A stretch of DNA of 64,000 nucleotides, from the NCBI GenBank assembly GCA_963710755.1, contig CAVQBK010000003.1, positions 1,216,001-1,280,000 on the forward strand, given 5' to 3'. Of this stretch, positions 30,101 through 40,200 are shown piece by piece. Source of the stretch: an uncultured bacterium (GTDB lineage: Bacteria; Oederibacteriota; JAAXVQ01; JAUVAV01). A program made the position numbers and the translations under genes. The number at the start of each line of letters is the position of its first letter. Position 1 is the first letter of the stretch. The notes under the pieces were generated by a model, which searched no databases, was not told the origin of the DNA, and was given only the letters and a program-made list of their open reading frames with translations.

Positions 30101-30576
30101 AATCGGTAGCCATGGCCACTGCCCGTCAGAGTAATGCTTATTTCAGCAGTTCCGACGCTGATTTCAAAGACCGCTATCAAGCCCAAAAGGAATTTTGGAA
30201 AATCAAGAAAGGCCAAATTGGCATCAGGGGCGGTTGGCGGATTTATTCCAGTGGCCCTGGCATCTATCTTCACCAGCTCATTGCCAACTTTCTGGGCCTG
30301 CGGGAATGGTTTGACAAGGTTGTCATCGACCCGGTAATGCCAAAGACAATGGACCGCTTAACCTTTGCCTTTAATTTTGGGACCAAGAAAGTCACCTATT
30401 GCTATCATGTCAAAGGTCAGGGCTACAGTCCGTCCCAGGTCATGATTAACGGGAAAGCAGTAAAGGAATTCAACTATTTGGATAATCCCTACCGTACTGG
30501 TGGTATGGCCATTGATAAGCAGTTGTTTGATCGCATGTTAAATGCCAAGTCCAACCGGGTTGATGTTTTTATCTAG
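27148..30576 (+). CDS. GH94 1,2-beta-oligoglucan phosphorylase (SOGP-type)
   Basis: ~1,140 aa with motifs NEAYVSQYIDH, PHGLEQYSGAAWGLRDVCQGPVE, GDWPQWFMFD, GHGDWEDTLQP, GREISLQYVHAH and GWRIYSSGPG, which I recognise from SOGP-type GH94 enzymes. Confidence 0.85.
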   Translation: MLTLKDSNALKKISLSNKQGLTFEYLENGSLYAMKHEDILINQLLGTPLESSVQNIYLRLQQGSGYVTTPLLGPQSPSTFYHSDQQLRWTGSFKGVTYSCALTLASKDKAWFWSVELENTNARSMTADLMLVQDLALANAGAVRLNEAYVSQYIDHTVLKHAQRGFVLNARQNQAQGKCFPAVAHGCLGKGIGFATDGFQFYGLDYKETNKPQALKEKKLPNQVLQYEFAMAVLQCAPLTLTKAKPRHTGFFGYYNNHQPQATSGQLLAQIDRVLSQASRGTAAKHRETQITQSRSLFDQSPLFQSQELTPREIERFFPGAKRHIEKKGNKTHSFFYSDHYYVAFKAKERLSERPHGHILRSGRDLTPSDHILSTTAFMTGLFNAQVTVGNTSFNKLIGVTRNHLNVLKSSGQRLFIKTKNGYELLGMPSAFEMGLNHCRWIYKSRNLTVIVKTWTSMDLPACFTEVSFEGKVKAEVLLTYQMVMGNNEWDAAGRLNIDNKTKRVECLSAQSELMARQYPQAAFYVLPAAKSSIAAVGGDELLFQDGQRRAYPYLVFKSNPVKSITMIMTGNVVNRKEAQAQAQTMAKAVMPYAKTLALAHEYWSSFCNQAVLAIPKKGTGLERLDDILYWYFHNAMIHYLTPHGLEQYSGAAWGLRDVCQGPVEMLVATRNYGTLKQVLKMIFSHQFAETGDWPQWFMFDRYQEIQAPDSHGDIIVWPIKAVCDYIEHSNDTAILKEKIPYTSEKTKRMLKEKVSLLAHIQKEIAKIKANCVPGTALISYGHGDWEDTLQPADPEMRKKMISSWTVELTYQTLRRFSRICRKLNEAKLADDLDAFTEKMKVDFNTYLVKNKVAAGLVFFHSKKDIEYILHPDDQRTGIKYRLLPMTRGMISELLSKPQMEHHYRLINRHLLFPDGVRLMEKPIPYRGGIEKHFKRAETASCFGREISLQYVHAHIRYIEALAKIGQPEAIYKALLAINPIDIRQSVAMATARQSNAYFSSSDADFKDRYQAQKEFWKIKKGQIGIRGGWRIYSSGPGIYLHQLIANFLGLREWFDKVVIDPVMPKTMDRLTFAFNFGTKKVTYCYHVKGQGYSPSQVMINGKAVKEFNYLDNPYRTGGMAIDKQLFDRMLNAKSNRVDVFI

Positions 30577-30607
30577 CGTTGTGTCTCATATTAATGCAGG
30601 AATATTG

Positions 30608-30701
30608 GTCATTGCGATCAAAGCCAAGCAGTCTCGGTGTTTATAAACGGTTTTGGTTCAAACCGGATTGCTTTGTCGCTCAAAACCTTCCTCGCCATGA
30701 C
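30608..30701. repeat. REP/RPE-like palindromic element (GTCATTGCGA...TCGC(A/C)ATGAC type), degenerate
   Basis: gtcattgcgatcaaagccaagcagtct...ggattgctttgtcgct...cctcgccatgac. Confidence 0.65.
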
Positions 30702-30808
30702 TTTAACAAGCTACCAATAGCGTTAGATACTACGCTAGATCGTTATGATTTCGGGAAAGTAAACCTCCATGGTGCTGTATCATCTATGCGGCATTAAAAT
30801 GCGCTTTT

Positions 30809-30836
30809 GTAGGGTACTGACATGTCTGCACCCTAC
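30809..30836. repeat. GTAG-type REP-like palindrome
   Basis: GTAGGGTACTGACATGTCTGCACCCTAC. Confidence 0.55.
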
Positions 30837-31107
30837 GTTTCAATATTCCGTTTGCCTTATAGCTGGACATTCCTCTTTGCATAACAGTAACCAGTCAAGC
30901 ACCTTCTGATGACCAAGGTGGCGAAAGGATCGCTTGCTCTCCTGAGCCATCACTTGCCTGATCAATGCTGGCTTTTAAAATAATTTACATAAAAAATACT
31001 TTTAAAAATAACAAAATAATTATAATTTAATCGTCATTTGCCTACTTTTTATGATAACATGATTAAAGTAACCACATTTTTTTAAAAGGGAAAATGCACC
31101 TTGTTTT

Positions 31108-31124
31108 TGTTTCGAAACGAAACA
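31108..31124. promoter_or_regulatory. Palindromic operator candidate TGTTTC-N5-GAAACA upstream of giant gene 2
   Basis: (T)TGTTTCgaaacGAAACA(A); matches 8889-8905. Confidence 0.65.
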
Positions 31125-31171
31125 AGCGCTGGATTTAATTTCTAATTAAAGAAAAAATTCGGCCAATATAT

Positions 31172-31200
31172 TTGACGGCCTATTTTTTTGGTGATATTTT
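31172..31200 (+). promoter_or_regulatory. sigma70-like promoter candidate for giant gene 2
   Basis: TTGACG-N17-TATTTT with a TG extension. Confidence 0.6.
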
Positions 31201-31288
31201 TTATTATGAAAAATAGCTTGGGAAATCATTAGGACATCATTAAGTCAAAAACACATTCTGCGGTCCAGAGTTGTGGAGGGGAATAAAT

Positions 31289-34200
31289 ATGACAAAAGAT
31301 GTAACAACACCCAAAAATCCCATGGAAAATCAGGATGATTTACTTTCCATGCAGGCGTGGCACCATCCAAAACGCAACCTGTTAACCAAGATAATCACCT
31401 TAATGATCACCGTGACCTTCGTGTTTCCCCTCGTCACCTGGGCTTTTGATAAAACCAATTACCAACCTCAAGATTATATTCCCCTTAAATACAATGCCAA
31501 AGACCTGATTGTACCCGATCAATACGCGAAAATTCATGATTCCCACCAGGCCGGTCAACAAGTGGTGGTGCTGGTACAAAATCTGCATTGTAACTATGAC
31601 GTGCAGATGAACATTGCCCATATTATTGATTATTTATCAGGCCACTATCGCTTGAAATTGGTGGGCGTAGAAGGCGCCAGCACAGCCCTTAATACCACCA
31701 AGCTGGGGACTTTCCCAGTGAAAGAAGTCAAGGAAGATGTGGGCAAGAGTTTGGTGCGCCAGGGACAAATGACAGGCGCTGAATATTATGCTGCCACGGG
31801 TGCCCATAAAATTTTGCTGGAGGGCATCGAAGATCAAGCGCTGTATGAACACAACCTGGACACAGTGCATGAGTTTTTAAATGCCGAGAGCCAGGGCTAT
31901 TGTTATGATCTGCGTGAATTGCTCGATGGTCTCAAGTCCAACATTTACAATCCCGCTTTGCTTCGTTTTGACGAACAACAAGCTTCCTACCGTGAAGGCC
32001 GCATGCCCATGGTGAAATACGCCTTGGTGTTGCGTCGTCTGGGCCGGCAAACCCAGGCGGACATGAGCGCTTTTCCCAATTTGAATGTTTACCTCGAAAA
32101 AGAGAAAAACGTTTTTCCCGTGGCGGTCAATGTGGATGCCCTCTATCTGGAAATGGACCGGCTCAACCGCCTCATACGGGAAAGCATGTACACCGATCCC
32201 CGCCAACGCCAATTGGATCAACTACTACACCGGCTGGATCTGATGGAAAAATTGCTCAATGTTTCGGCCACGCCTGCGGAGCTGGCTGAATTCAATGCGG
32301 ACCGGCAGAACTTTCATGTCAAACGTTTCCTTGAGTTCATACGGACAATTAATCCTGATGCGGATTACCTGCTCGATGCGGAAGTGAGCCAGCTGGATTA
32401 TTACCTCACCAAAGTGGAACGCTTTTACGAAGTGGCTGACAAGCGCAGCGAACGGTTTGTAACCAATCTGCTCAAAGACATGCAGGCTTACCACCAAACC
32501 ATTGCCGTCATGATCTCAGGCGGGTTCCACACCGAGGGCATTGCCCAACAACTGAAAGCGCGTGGTATCTCTTATGTGACGGTCATGCCCAAGGTCAACC
32601 ATCAGGATATTGTTAACCCCTATTTCCAATTGCTGCAAAATCGCAAAACCCCGCTGGAACAATTGTTGGCCCAAAACCAGAATCTGATTGAGATTCCCTT
32701 GAACAGCGTCGGGGTGGCCCCGGAAGACCGGTATAGGACGGTCAATGAACACAATATTAAACAAGTATCCCTTGATCAGCGTCCGGGCACGATTATGCGG
32801 CTCAAAACCTTTATGAACTTGATTCAATTGATGGTCAATGTCTGCTTGGTTACATATTTAGTAGGCAAAGTTAAAGCTGGAAGTTTGTTGTCAATATATG
32901 AAAAAACCAAGCTTGGCGATGGCCAGGCTGAAATTCCAGGTTATTTGGCGGAGTTTGCCGGGCTGGAAGTGGACAAAGGTGCTCTGGGCAAGGAGACCAT
33001 GACCCAATTACAGCAGGGCCGCCCGGTGATCCTGCCTGTATCAGGGGCTCATTTTGCCTTGGTTGTCGCCAAAAAAGACGTGATTAGGGAACCGGCCAAT
33101 TTGGGTCAGCCCATGCCGATTGGCGAGAACTATGATTTTGTGGCTGTGGCTGGAACCGATGTGCAGGCGCTGGGGCAAAAACTCTCCACCATGACTTCTC
33201 ATTCTTTTACCTTGTTGCCCCAGGCCGGGTTGAGCCGCCAGTTGGTTAATGTCATGATGCTGACCACCGGCGGGGGAATGATTTCAGCTGGTCTAAGTCT
33301 CAATCAGTTTGTTCAAGGTATGACCAACGGCCAGGGATTTTTACCCAATATCAATGAGTTGAAACAGCGGATGCAGCGTTGGACTTCACCTTTTAAGCCG
33401 GCCATCGGGCAGCTCAACCAGTGGGTACTCAATCATTTGCCGCTCATGGCCGGGCTGGGTGTGGTAGCGGTTGGCATGGGCCTGGCGATTTTCACCCCCA
33501 TGCCGGTAGTGGGATTAACAGGTTTTGTTTTGGCTGGAGTGGGCATGGCTTATTATAAAGCCCTGCTCTTAGCCGTTGGGACCCTATGGGGCAATAGAGC
33601 ACGTTATGTCAAAGCCGGCTTGGCCGTGGTCGTTCTTTCTATAGCTGGTGCCTGGTTTAGCGCAGCCCAAGCAGCCACCTCCGGTGTTTACACAGTCACC
33701 CAGGGCGACTACGCCGGGGCTGTGGCCATTAGATTGGGGGTGGCTCAGGAGCAATTAGCCAAACAAGTGCCCAATATTAATGTCATCAAGCCGGGCCAGC
33801 AATTCAACTTTATTACTGAAAAATCGTCTCAGGCCATTCAAAAGGCCAGGGCGCATGCCCAAGGACAGATTACCGTTGCTCAGGCTGAGCAACCAGAGGC
33901 CGAAGGTGCCCTAGAACCAACAGCCATCAAATCCGCAGCTCAGACTGACCAGGCAGAAGCAGCGGCCGCCGCTGCAGGTCGAACAGCAGACCATGGGCAA
34001 CAGCCAGCGGCCCAAGCGGGTAAGACAGTACCAGCAGCGCCTGCGGCAGCCGCAGCGCCGGCAAGCAATCAAGCACCAACTGCTGCAGCCCCGGCTGAAA
34101 CAGAGCCAGCAGCCCTGGCTTCTCAGGATAAAAGGGCGCAAACCGCTGAGTCAGAACCGGCCTCTGCTGAGCAAGCGCAGGACCAGAGCGCTTCAGCACC

Positions 34201-37200
34201 AGACCAAGCAGCACCGAGGGCTGAAATCGTTCAACCTGAAGAAGCCCAACCGTCAGCCCTTATGGCTTTCGTAAGCCGCGTTATGGGCAGCCTTACACAA
34301 TATGATATTTTAGCCTTGATGCTTAGCTTAATTGCTTTTGGCACCATTTCCTCCAAGGTGTCCAAGGGCTTTTTATCCAGGGTCAGAGCCAAAATTAGTC
34401 TGATCCAAGGCCAGCAACTGGATGTGGAAGAAACAGCGCTCATTAACCAATTGGTGCTCAAAAATGAGCAGCGGAAAGTGGTAAATGTCCGCCTTGATGA
34501 CCGCTTTGGTCTGGCTTTGCTGCGTCGTCCTGATTTTAGAGAAACATTAAAGTCAGCGGCAGCAGAGAATCTCTCTTTGCCAGCCAACATCTCCGTGACT
34601 TTCACGCTTGGAAAAAGTCTGCCCTGGCGCTATGTGGATCAACTGGTTAAAGATATAGAAGCGATTTTTCCGGAGCAGTCGCACTTCACCATTCTTTATC
34701 GCCATGGGCGCACCAATATCATTTATTTTAGTAATGAAGGGTCTCTTACTGAGAACGGGATTGCGCCCCGCGACTTATCAAATAAGATGCAAGCCCAAGC
34801 TCGATTTGAATCCAAACTAAAGGCATGGGAAAATTTCCTGCTTCATTTCAGCCATGGGCCTACGACCATTTTTGCTTTTCTGGTGACAGTTTTTGCTGGA
34901 GCTGTTTTTGTTCTTCCAGACAATACCCTTACCCATCTGTTCGCCGAAGGCACCGCCCAGGCCCAACGAGTGGTGCAACTGCTCTGGAGTTCTGATTGGA
35001 TGGGTTTATTAAAATCAACAGCTTTGACAGTAACTGCTCATCCCGGGATTACTGCTGCGGTGGCCATGCTGGTTGGGTTTTGGTACCTCTACCGCCAGGT
35101 GCCCAAATCCATGGTTAAAACGTTTTGGACCAAAGTCGTGTTTTCCACCGTAGCATTAATTAGAAATCTAGTCTTGCTGGCGCTGGCCATTTTTATCAGC
35201 TTTGAAGCCGTGCAGATGCATAAACCCCATCTCATCCAGTCCAATCAGCAAATTCAAAAGATAGAACAAGATTATTTTTGGAAGGATGTGTTTACCCAGG
35301 GCGCCCTGCCGAAAGGCATGGAAAAGTTTATGGGCCAGGAACATCTCCATGTTCAACAATATCCTGCCAAACTTCAGGAACAAGCCAAGGAAGTATTGTC
35401 CTGGACCAGTGATGCTGCTGTAGCACTGAATGCTAATATTAATGCTGCCTTGCAACAAAGAAACGATAACCTTGACAAAACAATTTGGCAAATGTCCCTT
35501 TATCTTGCCGGGCAAATTAAGGACCAAGGCTATTCCTTTTTAAGCGAACGTGCGGTGCATTATTTTGGTTTTGGGTTGGTTGATAATGGTTTGCTGAGGC
35601 TGGCATCAGACTTGAAGGGCAAAGTCATGCTTAAAAGGGGTTATGAGACCGGAACCCCCGATGTTTACTCTTTCCTGCCCGGGACATTTAGGGGACGTAG
35701 CCTTACCCAAGAGGGCACCTGGCAAGCGACCAATGATGACGGCCGCCTCAGCTTAAATGGCCGATTTACCACACCCGAAGGCCGCCAGGTCAGTAGCACT
35801 ATTGGTTTCCCCGGTACTGATCAGGCGTATGTGATCAGGCAGGATACTTATACGGGTACAGCTCCGGTCAGACAGCCGGGTTATCAGATGAATCTATTTG
35901 AAGCTGGAAAGTCGCCCAATTTTACCAACAGCCTATGGATCAAGGGTATGAAAGCCCCTCTCTCCGCACCAGGACACGTGTCTCCCGGCAAGTCTTTAGA
36001 TATTACCGATCTGATCAGAAAAAATAAGAGCACTCTTTTTATATATTCATTCGGCGAAGCGCTGGTGGTCAACATTCCCAATATGGACCAGGTGGCCCAA
36101 ATCAAGCTTTACGCTCCCACGCAGGAGGAAATCAATAGCGGCCAGACACCCATGACCTGGAAACGGCTGGAAATCATCTATAAAGATGGGGCAGTAACCC
36201 ACCAGGATGGTAACACAGTGCTTCCCAAGCTATATACCGGCCTGCTGGAAGGTAACCTAGTGTCTGCCCAGGACAATGATGCTATCCCCGATATGATTCA
36301 GAACCTGGTTGATGACTGGCTGCTGATGCTTTCCAATCCGGACCATGCCAAATACCGTGTCTGGGTTACCGGATATGATGAAATCGGTGTGGCCTCCAGC
36401 TTGGCCAAGGCTGCCCTTTACTTTGAAAGCATAGGAGATCAGGAAAAGGCCGCCTTGGCCAAAGATGCAGCCTTGCGTATCGGTGCCCATACCTATCAGA
36501 TTTACGCACAGACCAGGCTGCATCTCGATAATCTATTGGAAACCTATTCGGTGGGCATGTATTATCCCATGATGGTTACTTTGTACTATGAGTTGCACCA
36601 ACTGGATCCCCAGGGAGGCTGGATGGAAAAGTCCATTGCCGTGGCCGACCAACTGGTGCAGCGGCAGTATTTGCATCCCAACAGCAAGGATATTCACTAT
36701 GGGCTGACCACCATTACCAAGGCCAACCTCCCGGTCAAGCGCACGGTTGATGGGAAAAGCCTTACTTTCCAACGCGGCCCCTTAGGACAGCTGAAAACTA
36801 TATCCGATGATCAAAACAACGTCAGATTTAAGGGCGATGAAGAGGGGCTTACCATTTTAAGGGCCATGATGGATCAGCTTTACATGCGGCCTCATGCCAG
36901 TAATATTACCTATATTGAAGGGCGTCAGGGCCAACAATTGATCAACCAAGTGGAAGTACTTTTTCTAAGTAAAAAATACACCTTTTATTTCATATACAAT
37001 AATAAAGACCAACTTATTGAAATAGATTCACCCCAAGCCAAGGCAGCGTTTTTCGGCACCTTTAAGGATTTGGAAAATTTGCGGCTTATTCTCAATGGTG
37101 AGGGAGAAGAAAAAACCGAATTGTTCAACATCAAATCCGCCACCAGACCGGTCATTGATTTTTTCAAGGATGCCACCGGCAATATCTTCCGCATGCACTA

Positions 37201-40200
37201 TAATGAACTGGGAACCTTGGACAAGGTTACAGGACCAAATAATACAGATGTCACCGACCAATTCAAGAAAGATCCCATCATTCCAGCCTATGCCTTGTGG
37301 CCGTCAGGGGAATCACGTGGTGACCCCAAAGGCCGGCTGAGCGTGCAAGGCCAGGCTCTCAAGGCCTTGCGCGTGGCCTATCAAGAAGCTATGGATAATG
37401 GTGATCACAACCGGGCTGGAAAATATTTGCACGCGGCGGATCTTTTCATCCATCAAGGCCTCAAGGTCGGTCCTGACGGGACCTTTATCGGTTACAGTGA
37501 GTTGGATCCAAACTCCGGTGTACTGACAGAAGTGGAAGAGCTGCATAATGGTTTTGGCATTGCCGTACTGGCCGAAGGGTATGCAGCCTGGCAGGATGTC
37601 GTTCCTAAAGCCGCTGAAAAATTAGAAGTGGCCTTCAAGAATTTACATGACACCTACCAAACCTCCCAGGGTTTTGCCAAAAAAAAGGGGGAAGTAGCTG
37701 ATGCGGAAACCACGTTCAGTGCTGATTTAGCTTGGCTGGCAAGCCGGGGAAATCCCGCCTATCTCCATTGGGCTCAGCAATTAGGATTATCGAATTGGGG
37801 CTGGCTGATACCTTATATCCAGGACCGTTTGGATTTTCAAAGCAAGGGCATCGATCAAGAGAGCCTTAAGGTGAAATGGATAAGCCAAGAATCTTTCAAA
37901 TTGAGTTGGAAGCCTGTGCTGGGTGCCAGTATTTTCCAGATCCAGGAACAGTACTGGGATGAAGAGAATCAACGCTGGGCCTTGACCGAAGCCGCCAAAG
38001 ACCAGCCCCAACAACTCTGGAGCGGTGTGCCGGAAGTAGTCATTGAAAAACCGCTGAAAGGGCTTTATCGCTATACCATCACCCCTTATCGTGTGCCTGA
38101 TAAACAACAATTGGGGCCTATAGGCGGGCCGGGGTTGTATGGCGGCCGCGGCCAGGCGGCTGTCATCAAAGTGCAGACCCAAAATATTAAGATCGAGCCG
38201 CCGGAAGGGCCGATCATTATTACCAACACACCCAATGGCAGCCTGGTCACCTTGGATTTCAATGGTGATGTGGTTTCCTTGTCCTATAAAAAAGAAGCCT
38301 TTCCCCAAGTACGCGGCTGGGAATGGGAGTTCTATGACGGTCCCTATTACGAGGGCAAAGAACCGGTTGGTGTTTATAGAACTGAGCATGACACTATTCA
38401 CTTAACCCAGTTGCCTTTCAAACTCGAAGCCAATCATCAATATTATGCGCGGGTTCACGGCTTTACTGGTGTTAGGGGAGAAAAGGGCACGCCCGATTAT
38501 TTTGGCTTTAATGGTTTCCAACTTGATTATAAGCCGCTTACGCATGGTCAAGGGGTTGTCCATAAGCCCCTTCCTTCCGGGCCCATTGAAGCTTTTGCTT
38601 ATGATCACGATACACATATGCTGAGCTGGCAGGGCCTGGCTCCCAACTATACGGTTATCACCTGGCAGGGAGACCCCAACCCTCAAGCTGCTTATTTTAG
38701 GAAAAATGTGCGTACTTATGACGTCACCGGAAGCACAAATAATGAAATAGAATTGATATACCCGTGCGACCACGTGATGATTGTTGGATCCAACACCAGC
38801 GGTCCTTTTGGCGTAACCGGAGAATCTTCAGGAGCCATAGCAGTTGATGCCATGGATATTCCGCCCTATGAGGGCATTGTTCTGACCGCCAAGGATATTG
38901 AAATTAAGGGCAATAAAGTGATGATTAAGGACAGGGTGGTCAAAGCCTTGCCTGAAAATGCGGTGGTCAGGGTGAATTTGTTCAATCCCTTTTTGGAGGG
39001 CAAATCTTTTCATTCAGTGGTACTCGACAATCTCAAGCAAGAACCTTATTTTTATTTGAGCGGTACAGAGGTCATCGATGAGCTGACGGCCACCAAGGGC
39101 AATATTGGCCTCAGCTTTACCGTGGGGTTGAGAGATGATTTGAATGATTCGACCCTCTACTCCAGCGAAGCCTTATCCCTGAAGATTACTATCAATCAAC
39201 AAGACTTGCAGCGCCTGATGATGGACCCTATGATTAAGATCAATGCAGACCAAATCACCTTTGACGGAAAAACAATCTTTTTTCCCAGCGTCCATGGCAT
39301 GGACATCAGCCGGGTGGTGGTTAAAAATGCTCTCGGAGTACCGGTCAAGGACACACTGGTAACGCCGGGGAACAATGTGGGGGCGCTGCCCATCGCGGGT
39401 ATCGATTTAGCCGGGTCCAAATTTTTTACGGTGGAAGTCTATGCCGGGTGGCATGCAACCAAAAAATTTACGGTGTTCAACCGCAACCCCGCGGTCCGGC
39501 GCTTTGATCTGACCCACCAGGCTTTGGGGGCCATCAGCCAGCAAAAGGAACAACAGTTATTGCAGGCCACCAACCGGTTAATTCGCGACGGCAAAATCAC
39601 GGTTGGTCCCTTGGTAGGCCATGGGCAGCAAGGTCAAGCCGTTACGCTCAGGAATGCGCCTTATGATATTAATTTTAGGGATGCCTTTAAGCATGCGTCC
39701 GCGTATAAAGTAGCGGTGTATGACAATGATGGAAAATTGGTTGATACCTTTAACCTTGAAAAACCGCTTGATCCCAGAATAGCCATTCTTTCCCTCAGAG
39801 GCCAGAAAGTGGCGCGAGCTGCGGCTCGGGGACCGCTTTACTTAAAACTCTGCCCTGGTTATATCTACCAAGGTGCTACTGTATACACCTCCAAGGGCGT
39901 GCTTTGGCCCAAACGGGTCAGCATCGACCCAGCCCTGATTCCTCATCTGACCAGTCGGGAAATTAACCAAGCCCTGAAAGAGCTCAAAGTCCGAGTGCAA
40001 GGAAACCAGGTATTTTTCGATCTTCGATCCGGGGAATTAAATACCAAGGGTTATAGGGTTGAATTGTGGTACGGCAACGAACGAAAGATTAAAGACGAGA
40101 GAATATCTTACAATCAAGCTTTTTTCTTTCTCATGGGAAGTGACATTAAACAAGCCGTTCAGGAGGGGAAGCTGGTTTTTAGGGTTTATGCAGCCAAAAA

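Noticed and set aside
27148-30576. Cellobiose or chitobiose phosphorylase call for the GH94 gene
   Set aside because: Length, motifs and the neighbouring GH144 fit SOGP-type enzymes better.
30579-30797. 72-aa ORF after the GH94 gene
   Set aside because: TTG start, no RBS, and it overlaps a REP-like palindrome; probably spurious.
30900-30975. Possible hairpin or riboswitch upstream of giant 2
   Set aside because: Pairing is weak, and it lies upstream of the predicted promoter, so it would not be in the leader.
36760-37250. YD/RHS-like hairpins (FQRGPLGQL, IYNNKDQL, HYNELGTL) suggesting an RHS toxin
   Set aside because: Only three scattered copies, with no RHS core (DPxG) motif or toxin/immunity arrangement.
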